A stretch of DNA of 64,000 nt from Alphaproteobacteria bacterium (GTDB taxonomy: Bacteria > Pseudomonadota > Alphaproteobacteria > RF32 > CAG-239). Where the stretch lies: assembly GCA_028706255.1 (NCBI GenBank), contig JAQWBS010000001.1, positions 344,563-408,562 on the forward strand, in the 5' to 3' direction. The notes under the pieces were generated by a model. It did not search any database, had not been told where the DNA came from, and saw only the letters and a program-made list of their open reading frames with translations. Positions 54,346 to 63,734 of the stretch are shown in pieces. The first letter of the stretch is position 1. Every line of letters starts with the position of its first letter. The translations under genes and the position numbers were made by a program.

Positions 54346-55149
54346 ATGTCAATTCCGACTTTTAATTTACGCCAAATGATGGAAGCTGGTGTTCACTTCG
54401 GTCACCATGCTCGTCGTTGGAACCCTAAAATGTCTCAATACATTTATGGAAAAAAAGATAATGTTCACATTATCGACCTTCAAAAAACATACCCAATGTT
54501 CTACACTGCTTTAGCTGTTGCTAAAGATGTAGCTGCTAATGGTGGTAAAGTTCTTTTCGTTGGAACAAAAAGACAAGCTCAAGATATCGTTAAACAACAC
54601 GCTGAAAGATGTGGACAATACTATGTCAATTATCGTTGGTTGGGCGGAATGTTGACAAACTGGAAAACAATTTACAAATCAATTTCCCGTTTGGTTAAAT
54701 TGAACAACATGTTCGAAAAAAACGAAACTGAAGGTTACACAAAGAAAGAATTGCTCAACTTGAAAAAAGAGCAAGGTAAACTTCAACAAGAATTAGGCGG
54801 CATTATGTCTATGGGTGGTCAACCTGACTTAATCTTCATCGTTGACGTAACTAAAGAAGACTTGGCTGTTAAAGAAGCTAAAAAACTTGGCATTCCAGTT
54901 ATCGGTGTTTGTGATACAAACTCTGACCCTGAGGTTGTTGATTATCCAGTTCCTGGAAACGACGATGCTATTCGTGCAATTAACTTCTATTGCGATATGA
55001 TTGCAGGTGCTGTTTTGGATGGTATCCAAGCAGAAGTTGCAGCTCAAGGCGTTAAAGTTGAAGAATTTGCCGATGGCGAAGCTAAAGTTGCTAAAAAAAG
55101 AATTTCTAAAAAAGTTAAAGAAGAAGTTCAAGCTGCCGACGAAGAATAA
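54346..55149 (+). CDS. rpsB: 30S ribosomal protein S2
   Basis: It begins MSIPTFNLRQMMEAGVHFGH. Confidence 0.95.
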   Translation: MSIPTFNLRQMMEAGVHFGHHARRWNPKMSQYIYGKKDNVHIIDLQKTYPMFYTALAVAKDVAANGGKVLFVGTKRQAQDIVKQHAERCGQYYVNYRWLGGMLTNWKTIYKSISRLVKLNNMFEKNETEGYTKKELLNLKKEQGKLQQELGGIMSMGGQPDLIFIVDVTKEDLAVKEAKKLGIPVIGVCDTNSDPEVVDYPVPGNDDAIRAINFYCDMIAGAVLDGIQAEVAAQGVKVEEFADGEAKVAKKRISKKVKEEVQAADEE

Positions 55150-55259
55150 GATTTAGATAAATAATCTTTTCGAAAAACTATTGTGGCGGTATTTGTGTCA
55201 AGCAATATCGCCACATCTCAATTATGACAAGATTTTGATTTTTTTAGGGGTATATATAA

Positions 55260-56186
55260 ATGACAAATATTACTGCCAGCATGGTAAAAGAACTTAGAGA
55301 TATGACAAGCGCAGGAATGCTTGATGCAAAAAAAGCTCTTGTTGAAACAAACGGAGATATGGAAGCTGCTGTGGATTGGCTTCGCACAAAAGGCTTGGCA
55401 TCTGCTGCCAAAAAAGCAAGCCGTGTTGCTGCTGAAGGTTTGGTTGCAATCGCTGTTGAAGGAAATAAAGGGGCTGTTGTTGAAGTTAACTCTGAAACAG
55501 ACTTCGTTGCTAAAAACGATATGTTCAAAGAATATGTAACAGATGCTGCAATTGTTGCTTTGATGAACGAAGGTGAAGTTTGCAACATGGAAACTTTCCA
55601 ATGTCCAAAAGTGAACAAATCTTTCAAAGAACGTTTGACAGATATGATTGCAAAAATTGGTGAAAATATGACTTTGCGCCGTGCAAAAACTGTTTCTGTT
55701 GAAAATGGTGTTGTTGCTTCATACATGCATAATGCTGCCGCTCCTAACCTTGGAAAAATTGGGGTTTTGGTTGCTTTGGAATCAACAGGAAATGTTGAAA
55801 AATTGGCTGAAGTTGGTAAGCAAGTTGCAATGCACATTGCTGCATCTTCTCCACTTTTCAAAACAATTGCTGATGTTGACCCTGCCGCTGTTGAAAGAGA
55901 AAAAGCAATTTTCTCTGAACAAGCTGCCGCTTCCGGAAAACCTGCTAACATCATTGAAAAAATGGTTGAAGGCAGAATCAGAAAATATTATGACGAAGTT
56001 GTTCTTGAAGAACAAGCTTTCATTATGGATCCAGACAAAAAAGTGAAAGCAATCATTGCTGATGCTGCGAAAGAAATTGGCGCTCCTGTTGAACTTAAAG
56101 AATTTGTTGTGTTCAAGCTTGGTGAAGGCATTGAAAAGAAATCTGAAGATTTCGCCGCTGAAGTTGCTGCTCAACTTGCAAAATAG
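55260..56186 (+). CDS. tsf: Elongation factor Ts
   Basis: It begins ITASMVKELRDMTSAGMLDAKKAL, and the 308-aa size fits. Confidence 0.95.
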   Translation: MTNITASMVKELRDMTSAGMLDAKKALVETNGDMEAAVDWLRTKGLASAAKKASRVAAEGLVAIAVEGNKGAVVEVNSETDFVAKNDMFKEYVTDAAIVALMNEGEVCNMETFQCPKVNKSFKERLTDMIAKIGENMTLRRAKTVSVENGVVASYMHNAAAPNLGKIGVLVALESTGNVEKLAEVGKQVAMHIAASSPLFKTIADVDPAAVEREKAIFSEQAAASGKPANIIEKMVEGRIRKYYDEVVLEEQAFIMDPDKKVKAIIADAAKEIGAPVELKEFVVFKLGEGIEKKSEDFAAEVAAQLAK

Positions 56187-56201
56187 TCTTTAATGAGATT
56201 A

Positions 56202-56233
56202 AAAAAAGCCCCCGAAATTCGGAGGCTTTTTTG
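56202..56233 (+). terminator. Rho-independent terminator after tsf
   Basis: GCCCCCGAA-a-TTCGGAGGC is followed by TTTTTT. Confidence 0.75.
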
Positions 56234-56314
56234 TTGAGAAATTAGAGGGTCGTTGACTTCAATCTTATCTTAAGCTAAAACAGAAAATATGGTTAAAAAA
56301 GGAAAGATTATTGA

Positions 56315-57520
56315 ATGACTGAATATTTTAAAGAATATCCAATGCTTTTAAGCTTCAGCTCTTTTGCTTTGGTTTTGTTAATTGCTTTGGTTGCTAATTT
56401 CTTTGTTAAAAAGTTTTTGATGAAACTTTTTGAAAAGATTGTGAAATTTGCCAAGCAAGGAAACGAGGCCGAGGTCATTCGCATTGTGGCTCGTCTTTCT
56501 AATATCATTCCAGCAATTATCGTCACCAAGGGCGTGACCCTTGTGCCACACATTCCGACATATTTTGTGACGATTGTTAAAAATGTTGGGAATGCTTTTG
56601 TGGTGGCAACTTTCGCAATTGCGCTTAACTTAATTCTTGATGTTGTTAACTCGGTTTATATGCGTCGTCCTGATGCTAAAGACAAGCCAATCAAAGGGTA
56701 TTTGCAAGTTGTTAAACTCATCGTTTCCGTGCTTGCTTGCATTCTTGTTTTAGCCACGTTAATTGATAAATCACCAACCATTTTGCTTTCAAGCTTGGGT
56801 GCAATGGCTGCCGTTACCATGCTCGTTTTTCAAGATACCATTTTGTCGTTGGTTGCTAGTGTGCAAATTTCATCAAGTGATATCATTAAACTTGGCGACT
56901 GGGTGGAAATGCCACAACAAGGGGCTGACGGCGATGTGATAGATATTGCATTGCACACGGTGAAAATTCAAAACTGGGATAAAACAATCACCACTGTTCC
57001 AACCAGAAAATTTGTCACAGATGCTTTTAAAAACTGGAGAGGCATGAGAGAATCTGGCGGAAGAAGAATTAAAAGGGCTATTTATCTTGACCAAAATAGT
57101 ATTCACTTTCTTTCAGCTGATGAGGAAAAACATCTTAAAAACTTTGCGTTGCTCAAAGATTATCTTGCAGGAAAAGATAAAGAATTAGAAGCTTGGAACA
57201 ATCAAAATCAGGCTGAAATTCCGCTCAATGCCCGACGCTTAACAAATATTGGAACATTTAGAGCTTATGTTCAGAAATATCTTGAAAGCCACCCGAAAGT
57301 TAAGAAGAATATGGCGTTGATGGTGCGTCAATTAGCCCCAAGCTCTAAAGGGCTTCCGCTGGAGATATACTGTTTTACGGATACGATTGTCTGGGTGGAA
57401 TATGAGGGTATTCAGTCTGACATTTTCGACCATATTTATGCCATTATGCCTGAATTTAATTTAGCGGTTTTCCAAGAACCTCAAGGCAGAGATTTTCAGC
57501 TTTTTGCTTCGAATAAATAA
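56315..57520 (+). CDS. Mechanosensitive ion channel (MscS family)
   Basis: It has N-terminal TMs and the conserved MscS beta-domain region (IKLGDWVEM...GDVIDIALHTVKIQNWDKTITTVPN). Confidence 0.75.
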   Translation: MTEYFKEYPMLLSFSSFALVLLIALVANFFVKKFLMKLFEKIVKFAKQGNEAEVIRIVARLSNIIPAIIVTKGVTLVPHIPTYFVTIVKNVGNAFVVATFAIALNLILDVVNSVYMRRPDAKDKPIKGYLQVVKLIVSVLACILVLATLIDKSPTILLSSLGAMAAVTMLVFQDTILSLVASVQISSSDIIKLGDWVEMPQQGADGDVIDIALHTVKIQNWDKTITTVPTRKFVTDAFKNWRGMRESGGRRIKRAIYLDQNSIHFLSADEEKHLKNFALLKDYLAGKDKELEAWNNQNQAEIPLNARRLTNIGTFRAYVQKYLESHPKVKKNMALMVRQLAPSSKGLPLEIYCFTDTIVWVEYEGIQSDIFDHIYAIMPEFNLAVFQEPQGRDFQLFASNK

Positions 57521-58520
57521 AATGGTTCAAGGAACGCTTTCAGAAAAACTCTTAAATTGGTTTGACCGCGAAGGGAGGGAGCTTCCTTGGCGAGTGAAAG
57601 GTGGTGCGCACCCTGACCCATATGTCATTCTCGTTTCAGAAATTATGCTCCAGCAGACGCAAGTCAAAACGGTTTTGCCTTTTTTCCATAAATTTATGAA
57701 AAGGTTTCCAACAGTTCAAGACTTGGCAAATGCTTCTCAAGAAGAAGTTTATCTCTATTGGCAAGGGTTGGGATATTATTCTCGTGCCCGTTCGCTTCAC
57801 GCAACAGCAAAGATGATTGCAGAGCATTATCAAGGCATCTTTCCAAGTGATAAAACAGAAGTACTTAAACTTAAAGGTATTGGTCCATATACGGCAGCAA
57901 GCTTTCTATCTCTTGCGTTCAACTTGCCTGAATCTGTTGTTGATGGCAATGTGGTGAGAATTATTTGCAGATATTATGGCTTAACCGAACCTGTTCAAGA
58001 GATTATGCCAGAGATTAGAGAAAAAGCAGAAGCATTGATTAGCTTTGAGCATCCAGCGGATTATACCTCTGCGATTATGGACTTAGGGGCAACCATTTGC
58101 ACGCCTAAAAATCCAAGTTGCGAAACTTGCCCTTGGGCGGAAAAGTGCTTTGCAAGATTGAATAATAAAACAGAAGATATTCCTGTTATTAAAAAATTGG
58201 CAAAAAAAGAGAAAACAGCGAAGATTTACCTCATCAGCAATGCAAAAGGTGAAATTTATATTCGCAAAAGAGGAGAAAAGGGGCTTTTAGCTAATCTTTA
58301 TGAATTTCCTTGGGAAGAAGACGGGCTAATCAATTTATCATCAACAGATTTGCAGAAAGAAGTTACGCATATCTTTACACACTTCAAACTTGTCTTAAAA
58401 CTTCATAAAGTGCAATCGGAAACGCCTAACCTTGGCGGGCAATTTATTTCAGTCAACGATCTCAAAAACTTCCCTTTCCCAACCCTCATGCAAAAAGTCT
58501 GGAAAGCTTATTTGAAATAA
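57504..58520 (+). CDS. mutY: A/G-specific adenine DNA glycosylase
   Basis: It has the HhH-GPD region (LKGIGPYTAASF), the [4Fe-4S] cluster cysteines (C..C.PC..C) and a C-terminal NUDIX-like domain. Confidence 0.85.
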   Translation: MLRINKMVQGTLSEKLLNWFDREGRELPWRVKGGAHPDPYVILVSEIMLQQTQVKTVLPFFHKFMKRFPTVQDLANASQEEVYLYWQGLGYYSRARSLHATAKMIAEHYQGIFPSDKTEVLKLKGIGPYTAASFLSLAFNLPESVVDGNVVRIICRYYGLTEPVQEIMPEIREKAEALISFEHPADYTSAIMDLGATICTPKNPSCETCPWAEKCFARLNNKTEDIPVIKKLAKKEKTAKIYLISNAKGEIYIRKRGEKGLLANLYEFPWEEDGLINLSSTDLQKEVTHIFTHFKLVLKLHKVQSETPNLGGQFISVNDLKNFPFPTLMQKVWKAYLK

Positions 58521-58767
58521 ACACTTGCAAAATAAAATTTTTTCTGTATATTCCGCTTTGTGATTTCTTGTAGCTCTTAGATATAGTCGGTTGAATATTC
58601 AACATTAAAAACCTAATCAGCAGAGTTACCAAGGTTTGAAAAGAAACATTCCTTGGCTTGAAAGACTTACTTAGTGCTGATTTTCTATCAAAATAGAATT
58701 TTAGATTTTTATAAATACCCATGCCGTTCACAAATAACGGGCGTGACTATATGTGAGTGAAAAAAAT

Positions 58768-60342
58768 ATGACTAATTTTAGTAAATTAGGTATTCCTGCA
58801 ATCATGCTTGATACCTTGAAACAAATCAACTTCATCGACCCAACTCCAATTCAAGAACAGGCAATCCCTGTGGCTTTGGAAGGTCATGATATTCTTGGTT
58901 CCGCACAAACAGGAACCGGAAAAACAGCTTCTTTCGCAATTCCTATGATTGCACACCTTTTGGCAAATAAAAAATCTTCTGCACTTGTTTTGCTTCCAAC
59001 GCGTGAGCTTGCGGCTCAGGTTTTAGAAGCCACAAACAGAATGCTCGGCAACATCGAAAAAATCGGTTCTGCTTTGCTCATCGGTGGCGATTCAATGATT
59101 AAGCAATTGCAACAACTCAAAAGAAATCCAAGAATTATCATTGGAACTCCAGGTAGAATTAATGACCACCTTAGTCGTAAAACATTAAATATTTCTGCAA
59201 CAAACTTTTTGGTGCTTGATGAAACAGATAGAATGCTCGACATGGGTTTTGGCGTTCAATTGAATGAAATTGCAAAATTTTTGCCTAAAGAAAGACAAAC
59301 TTTGATGTTTTCAGCAACAATGCCAAGAAATATCACAGATCTTTCTCGCAAATATCTCCGTCAACCAGTTCGTATTGCAGTTGGTAAGGAAAATGCTGTG
59401 GCAAACAACATTCGCCAAGAAATTGTGAAAACTTCAGAAGGCACAAAATATAATGACCTTCTTAATCAAGTGAACACCAGAGAAGGCTCTGTGTTGATTT
59501 TTGTGAAAACAAAGTTTGGAGCAGACCGCTTGGCAACCAGACTTTCAAAAGACAAACTTTCTTCTGGCGCAATCCACGGTGACTTGCACCAAAGAAAAAG
59601 AGAAAGAGTTATTTCTGACTTTAGAAATCAAAAATTTAGAGTTTTAGTGGCAACGGATATTGCTGCGCGTGGGTTAGATATTCCGCACATTGAAAATGTT
59701 GTGAATTATGACTTGCCACAATGCCCTGAAGACTACATTCACCGTATTGGTAGAACAGCCCGTGCGGGTGCTGAAGGCTTAGCAATTAATTTGCTTACAC
59801 CAAAAGACGGTGCGAAGTGGAAAGAAATCTATAAATTGATGAACCCATCAAGCAGAGATAAAGCAATGCTCAGCGACGGATTTTCTCCTGTCGATTCAAA
59901 ACCGCTCAATTCAAATGACAGCAAAAATGCTCCAAAATCTAAAAGACCAATGAGAGCTGGAAAAAGAAAAGTTGAACTTGAAACTTATGGCGAAGTGGAA
60001 ACTGGTAAAAGAAAACCTAAAGCAAGAATGACTTCTCACAATCCTTTCAATCCTTTTGCACCAGATAAAAAGGCTGTAAATAAGCAAAGACGTGAGAGAT
60101 TCTCTAAAGCACCAAAAGCTTCAGAATATGTTTCTTATCCTGAATTTGAATTGGTTGAAAATGAGCCAAAGGCTAGAATAAGTGCTCCAAAAGCGAAGAT
60201 GAGCGATAAAAAATCTTTCAAATCTTTTGCTTCAGATAAGAATGAAGTTAAAAAACCAAGACGCGAAAAATTTAATAAAAATGCGAAATCTTTTGGCAGT
60301 CCAATCCGTAGCCAAAACAAGGCAAAAGCAAAAAGAAAATAA
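58768..60342 (+). CDS. DEAD-box ATP-dependent RNA helicase
   Basis: It has the Q-motif, AQTGTGKT, DETD(RM), SAT and HRIGRTARAG motifs, plus a basic C-terminal extension. ATG 58768 is the preferred start. A GTG at 58753 is also possible. Confidence 0.9.
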   Translation: MTNFSKLGIPAIMLDTLKQINFIDPTPIQEQAIPVALEGHDILGSAQTGTGKTASFAIPMIAHLLANKKSSALVLLPTRELAAQVLEATNRMLGNIEKIGSALLIGGDSMIKQLQQLKRNPRIIIGTPGRINDHLSRKTLNISATNFLVLDETDRMLDMGFGVQLNEIAKFLPKERQTLMFSATMPRNITDLSRKYLRQPVRIAVGKENAVANNIRQEIVKTSEGTKYNDLLNQVNTREGSVLIFVKTKFGADRLATRLSKDKLSSGAIHGDLHQRKRERVISDFRNQKFRVLVATDIAARGLDIPHIENVVNYDLPQCPEDYIHRIGRTARAGAEGLAINLLTPKDGAKWKEIYKLMNPSSRDKAMLSDGFSPVDSKPLNSNDSKNAPKSKRPMRAGKRKVELETYGEVETGKRKPKARMTSHNPFNPFAPDKKAVNKQRRERFSKAPKASEYVSYPEFELVENEPKARISAPKAKMSDKKSFKSFASDKNEVKKPRREKFNKNAKSFGSPIRSQNKAKAKRK

Positions 60343-60347
60343 TCTTT

Positions 60348-60380
60348 CAAATCCCCTCCATCGAGGGGATTTTTTATTTT
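60348..60380 (+). terminator. Rho-independent terminator after helicase gene
   Basis: ATCCCCTC-catc-GAGGGGAT is followed by TTTTTTATTTTT. Confidence 0.8.
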
Positions 60381-60444
60381 TGAGTTGAAGAAATAGAATT
60401 TAGCCCTATAATGCACTTTAAATTTGAACTAGGACTTTTTTAAT

Positions 60445-61935
60445 ATGCTTTTTAATTCTACTGTTTTTATTCTTCTTTTTCTGCCAATTTCATATTTCAT
60501 ATATTTTTATCTGAACAATAAAAGATTGATTCTTGGTGCAAAAGCTTGGCTCGTTGCTGCTTCTTTGTTCTTTTATGGCTATTGGAAAATTTCATATCTT
60601 CCGATTATCCTAGCTTCAATTGTCATAAATTTTGTAATTGGTGCTGCAATTTCCAAAGACTCTTCTGAGGTTAGAATTAATAAAAAATTTGTGTTAACTC
60701 TGGGAATTATAGGCAATGTTTTAGCCCTTTGCTATTATAAATATACGGATTTTATTGTTGAAAACATTAATCAAATTTCAGGAAGCAATTTTTCTCTGCC
60801 GCAAATTGTTTTGCCTTTAGCAATTTCCTTCTTCACCTTTCAACAGATTGCATATTTGGTCGATAGCTATAAGGGAAACACCAAAGAATATGACTTTTTA
60901 ACTTATGCACTTTTCATCACCTTTTTTCCTCAATTGATTGCAGGTCCGATTGTGCATCATAAAGAGATGATGCCTCAATTGATTGCAGGTCCGATTGTGC
61001 ATCATAAAGAGATGATGCCTCAGTTTTTTGCCGTGAGAAACTTGGCAGTAAGATATAAGAATGTTGCCACGGGGCTTTTCATTTTTATAATTGGACTTTT
61101 CAAAAAGGTGGCAATTGCTGATGTTTTGGCAATCACTGCAACAAACGGTTTTGACCATGCTGAAACCTTAAATTTTGCTGCGGGTTGGTTGACTTCATTG
61201 TCTTACACCTTCCAGCTTTACTATGATTTCAGCGGTTATTGCGACATGGCAATCGGCTCCGCATTGATGTTTAACATTAAGTTGCCAATTAACTTTAATA
61301 GTCCTTATAAAGCCACAGACATTCAAGATTTCTGGCGTCGCTGGCATATGACTTTATCTAAATTTTTAAGAGATTATATTTACATTCCTTTAGGGGGAAA
61401 CAAAGTTGCTTTACCGCAAAATTGTTTGAACCTTATGATTGTCTTTGTTGTCGGCGGCATCTGGCACGGCGCGGCTTGGACTTTTGTCATTTGGGGGCTT
61501 CTTCATGGAGCGGCAACAGTTGTGCATCGTTTATGGCAAGCATTAGGGATAAAGCTTAATAAATTTATCGCTTGGTTTATCACATTCAATTTCATCAACG
61601 TGGCTTGGGTCTTTTTCAGAGCACCAAACTTTGAAGCGGCTAAAAAAGTGCTTTTTTCGATGGTTGATATCCACTCTTTAAGTGGACTTACTTCGTTTAA
61701 GCCTAAATATTTGTTTGAAGAGATTCATGCCAGAAGTTTCGAGTTGGAATTTATGATTTTTGCTTTTTTACTTGCCGTTTTCGCCCTCAACTCTATTCAG
61801 CTGAAGGATAAATTTAGCATTAAAACAAATAAAAACGCTTGGCTTTATGGGGTTCTGATGGGAAGTGCATTAATTGGGCTTTTAGCAAAGATTGTTTTCG
61901 TGCCTTATTCTGAATTTATCTATTTTAATTTTTAG
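60445..61935 (+). CDS. MBOAT-family membrane-bound O-acyltransferase (AlgI/DltB/PatA-like)
   Basis: It is a multi-pass membrane protein. It carries the conserved PQLIAGPI motif and the catalytic His region FWRRWHMTLSKFLRDYIYIPLGG. It contains a perfect 45-bp tandem duplication. Confidence 0.8.
   Translation: MLFNSTVFILLFLPISYFIYFYLNNKRLILGAKAWLVAASLFFYGYWKISYLPIILASIVINFVIGAAISKDSSEVRINKKFVLTLGIIGNVLALCYYKYTDFIVENINQISGSNFSLPQIVLPLAISFFTFQQIAYLVDSYKGNTKEYDFLTYALFITFFPQLIAGPIVHHKEMMPQLIAGPIVHHKEMMPQFFAVRNLAVRYKNVATGLFIFIIGLFKKVAIADVLAITATNGFDHAETLNFAAGWLTSLSYTFQLYYDFSGYCDMAIGSALMFNIKLPINFNSPYKATDIQDFWRRWHMTLSKFLRDYIYIPLGGNKVALPQNCLNLMIVFVVGGIWHGAAWTFVIWGLLHGAATVVHRLWQALGIKLNKFIAWFITFNFINVAWVFFRAPNFEAAKKVLFSMVDIHSLSGLTSFKPKYLFEEIHARSFELEFMIFAFLLAVFALNSIQLKDKFSIKTNKNAWLYGVLMGSALIGLLAKIVFVPYSEFIYFNF
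60931..61020 (+). repeat. Perfect 2 x 45-bp in-frame tandem duplication inside the MBOAT gene
   Basis: caattgattgcaggtccgattgtgcatcataaagagatgatgcct occurs twice back to back. It encodes QLIAGPIVHHKEMMP twice. Confidence 0.95.
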
Positions 61936-61952
61936 GCGAGGAGAAAAAAAGT

Positions 61953-63029
61953 ATGTATTATAAAAAAACGATTTTCATCACGCTTTTGACAGCTCTTTTT
62001 CTGGGCATTTTCTTTGCCGCGGCAACAGTTGTGCACGCCCCGTTACAAATTTTTCATAAGCCTTGGGGCAGAAAAACAACTTTTGCACAAGACATGAGAG
62101 AACAGGCTTTGGGAATCATTAAGCATTATGACTTTGAGTCGCTCATTCTAGGAAATTCTCTCTTAGAAAACACCTCTGCCGATGAGGCAAGTGAGAAAAT
62201 CGGCGGGAAGTTTATCAACCTTTCTTCTTCGGGAATTTTATATTATGAGAGATATACAATTGCTTCTTATGCGCTCAAAAAGCATAGCCTAAAGCATGTT
62301 GTTCTGGTGTTTGATGCCAATTTCAGCCCAAATAAGTTGCATAGTCCAACGTTTATTCCCAAAGCATATAGCGACAGCATTATTTCTCAGGTTTCCCTTT
62401 ATATGAACAGCAAATATGCTTTTTGCATTGCACTATTACAGAAATCTACGAAGTGTGTTGGGAAAGCAACGGCGTTAGACATGCCCAATAATTGGTATGT
62501 GAATAATATTAACCTTTTTGGCGGATATCAGAATTGGCTTGAGCATGGAAACAAAAAATTGTTCGAGAATGTTTATCACGATAAAATTAATCCTGAACAA
62601 GTTTTTGAGGAAAGAGATGCAAAAAATTTTGAAATTATTGAAAAATATCTCATTGCTTTGGGAAAAGAAAATCTTGAAGTTCAATTCCACATTATTATCC
62701 CGCCATATCACCTGCTTTTTTGGCATAATAATCGTGAAATAAGCTATCAAGAATATGGAAGGGCATTAACTTTTCTCACGGAAAAAACTTCAAACTTGAA
62801 AAATGTTAAGTTGTATAATTTTATGAATGACGAAATCACTTCAGACATCTCAAAATATAAAGATTTGGTTCATTATGATGCTCAGACTAATGCTCGATTT
62901 CTTGAGGCAATTGCTCAGCGAAAACACCTGTTAACACTTGAAAATTTGCACCAAGAATTGAAGGTCTTTAACGCAAAAGTTCAATCTTTTAAAAGTAAGC
63001 CTTATTTAGATTCGTTGCTTAAAAATTGA
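61953..63029 (+). CDS. MBOAT-associated extracytoplasmic protein (possible SGNH/AlgJ/PatB-like acyltransferase partner)
   Basis: It has an N-terminal TM or signal sequence. The 358-aa gene lies immediately downstream of the MBOAT. LILGNSLL near the N-terminus and a His-Asp region near the C-terminus are weakly SGNH-like. The family call is inference. Confidence 0.45.
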   Translation: MYYKKTIFITLLTALFLGIFFAAATVVHAPLQIFHKPWGRKTTFAQDMREQALGIIKHYDFESLILGNSLLENTSADEASEKIGGKFINLSSSGILYYERYTIASYALKKHSLKHVVLVFDANFSPNKLHSPTFIPKAYSDSIISQVSLYMNSKYAFCIALLQKSTKCVGKATALDMPNNWYVNNINLFGGYQNWLEHGNKKLFENVYHDKINPEQVFEERDAKNFEIIEKYLIALGKENLEVQFHIIIPPYHLLFWHNNREISYQEYGRALTFLTEKTSNLKNVKLYNFMNDEITSDISKYKDLVHYDAQTNARFLEAIAQRKHLLTLENLHQELKVFNAKVQSFKSKPYLDSLLKN

Positions 63030-63096
63030 ATTTTGTTGTAAATTCATTTTATCTTTGTATAATTTTTTTATTATAGAATTATAGAAGGAACTTTTC

Positions 63097-63732
63097 ATGG
63101 AAAATCAAGAAGCGCTTCGCAAAAAACACCTTGAAAACGGAGTTAAATTTGTGGATGCCAACACGGTTTATTTAAGAAGCGATACGGAAATTGCTTCCGG
63201 CGTTCTCATTGAACCTTTTGTTGTTTTTGGAGAAGGCGTAAAGCTCTCTAAAGGCTGTGTCGTTAAATCTTTTTCATACATCGAAAAAGCCACGCTTGCG
63301 GAAAATGTTCAAATTGGACCATTTGCCCGCACCAGAGGAGAATGTTCTTTGGGGGAAAACACACGTGTCGGAAATTTTGTGGAAATTGTTCGTTCAACGC
63401 TTGGCAGTAAGGTCTCCGTCGACCATTTGTCTTATATCGGAGACAGCACTTTCGGTAATGAGGTTGAAGTTGGAGCAGGCTTAATTACATGTAATTATAA
63501 TGGGTTTGAAAAAAATAAATGTGAGGTTGGAGACGGTGCTTTTATTGGTTCTCGTTCAACCCTTATTGCACCCGTTAAAGTTTCAGAAAATGCAATGATT
63601 GGTGCGGGAACAGTTCTCACTGAAGATGTTGAACCGGAAGAATTTGTCATTGCTCGACCACAGCTTGTTCGTAAAAAAGAGGGAGCGACAAGATATCGTC
63701 AGAAGAAAGCAGATAGAATTCAGGGGAAGTAA
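63097..63732 (+). CDS. Stand-alone left-handed beta-helix acetyltransferase homologous to the GlmU C-terminal domain
   Basis: It aligns to the GlmU acetyltransferase domain across its whole length: GPFARTRGE, VGNFVEI, ITCNYNGF.KNK, FIGS.STLIAPV and a C-terminal basic tail. It has its own RBS (GAAGGA) and start. No uridyltransferase domain lies upstream. Confidence 0.7.
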   Translation: MENQEALRKKHLENGVKFVDANTVYLRSDTEIASGVLIEPFVVFGEGVKLSKGCVVKSFSYIEKATLAENVQIGPFARTRGECSLGENTRVGNFVEIVRSTLGSKVSVDHLSYIGDSTFGNEVEVGAGLITCNYNGFEKNKCEVGDGAFIGSRSTLIAPVKVSENAMIGAGTVLTEDVEPEEFVIARPQLVRKKEGATRYRQKKADRIQGK

Positions 63733-63734
63733 AA

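Noticed and set aside
55244-55954. 236-aa ORF antisense to tsf, and other long antisense ORFs (e.g. 13888-14355, 22975-23358, 42714-43199)
   Set aside because: They lie fully inside well-supported conserved genes on the opposite strand. They have low-complexity or odd composition and no RBS, so they are typical shadow ORFs.
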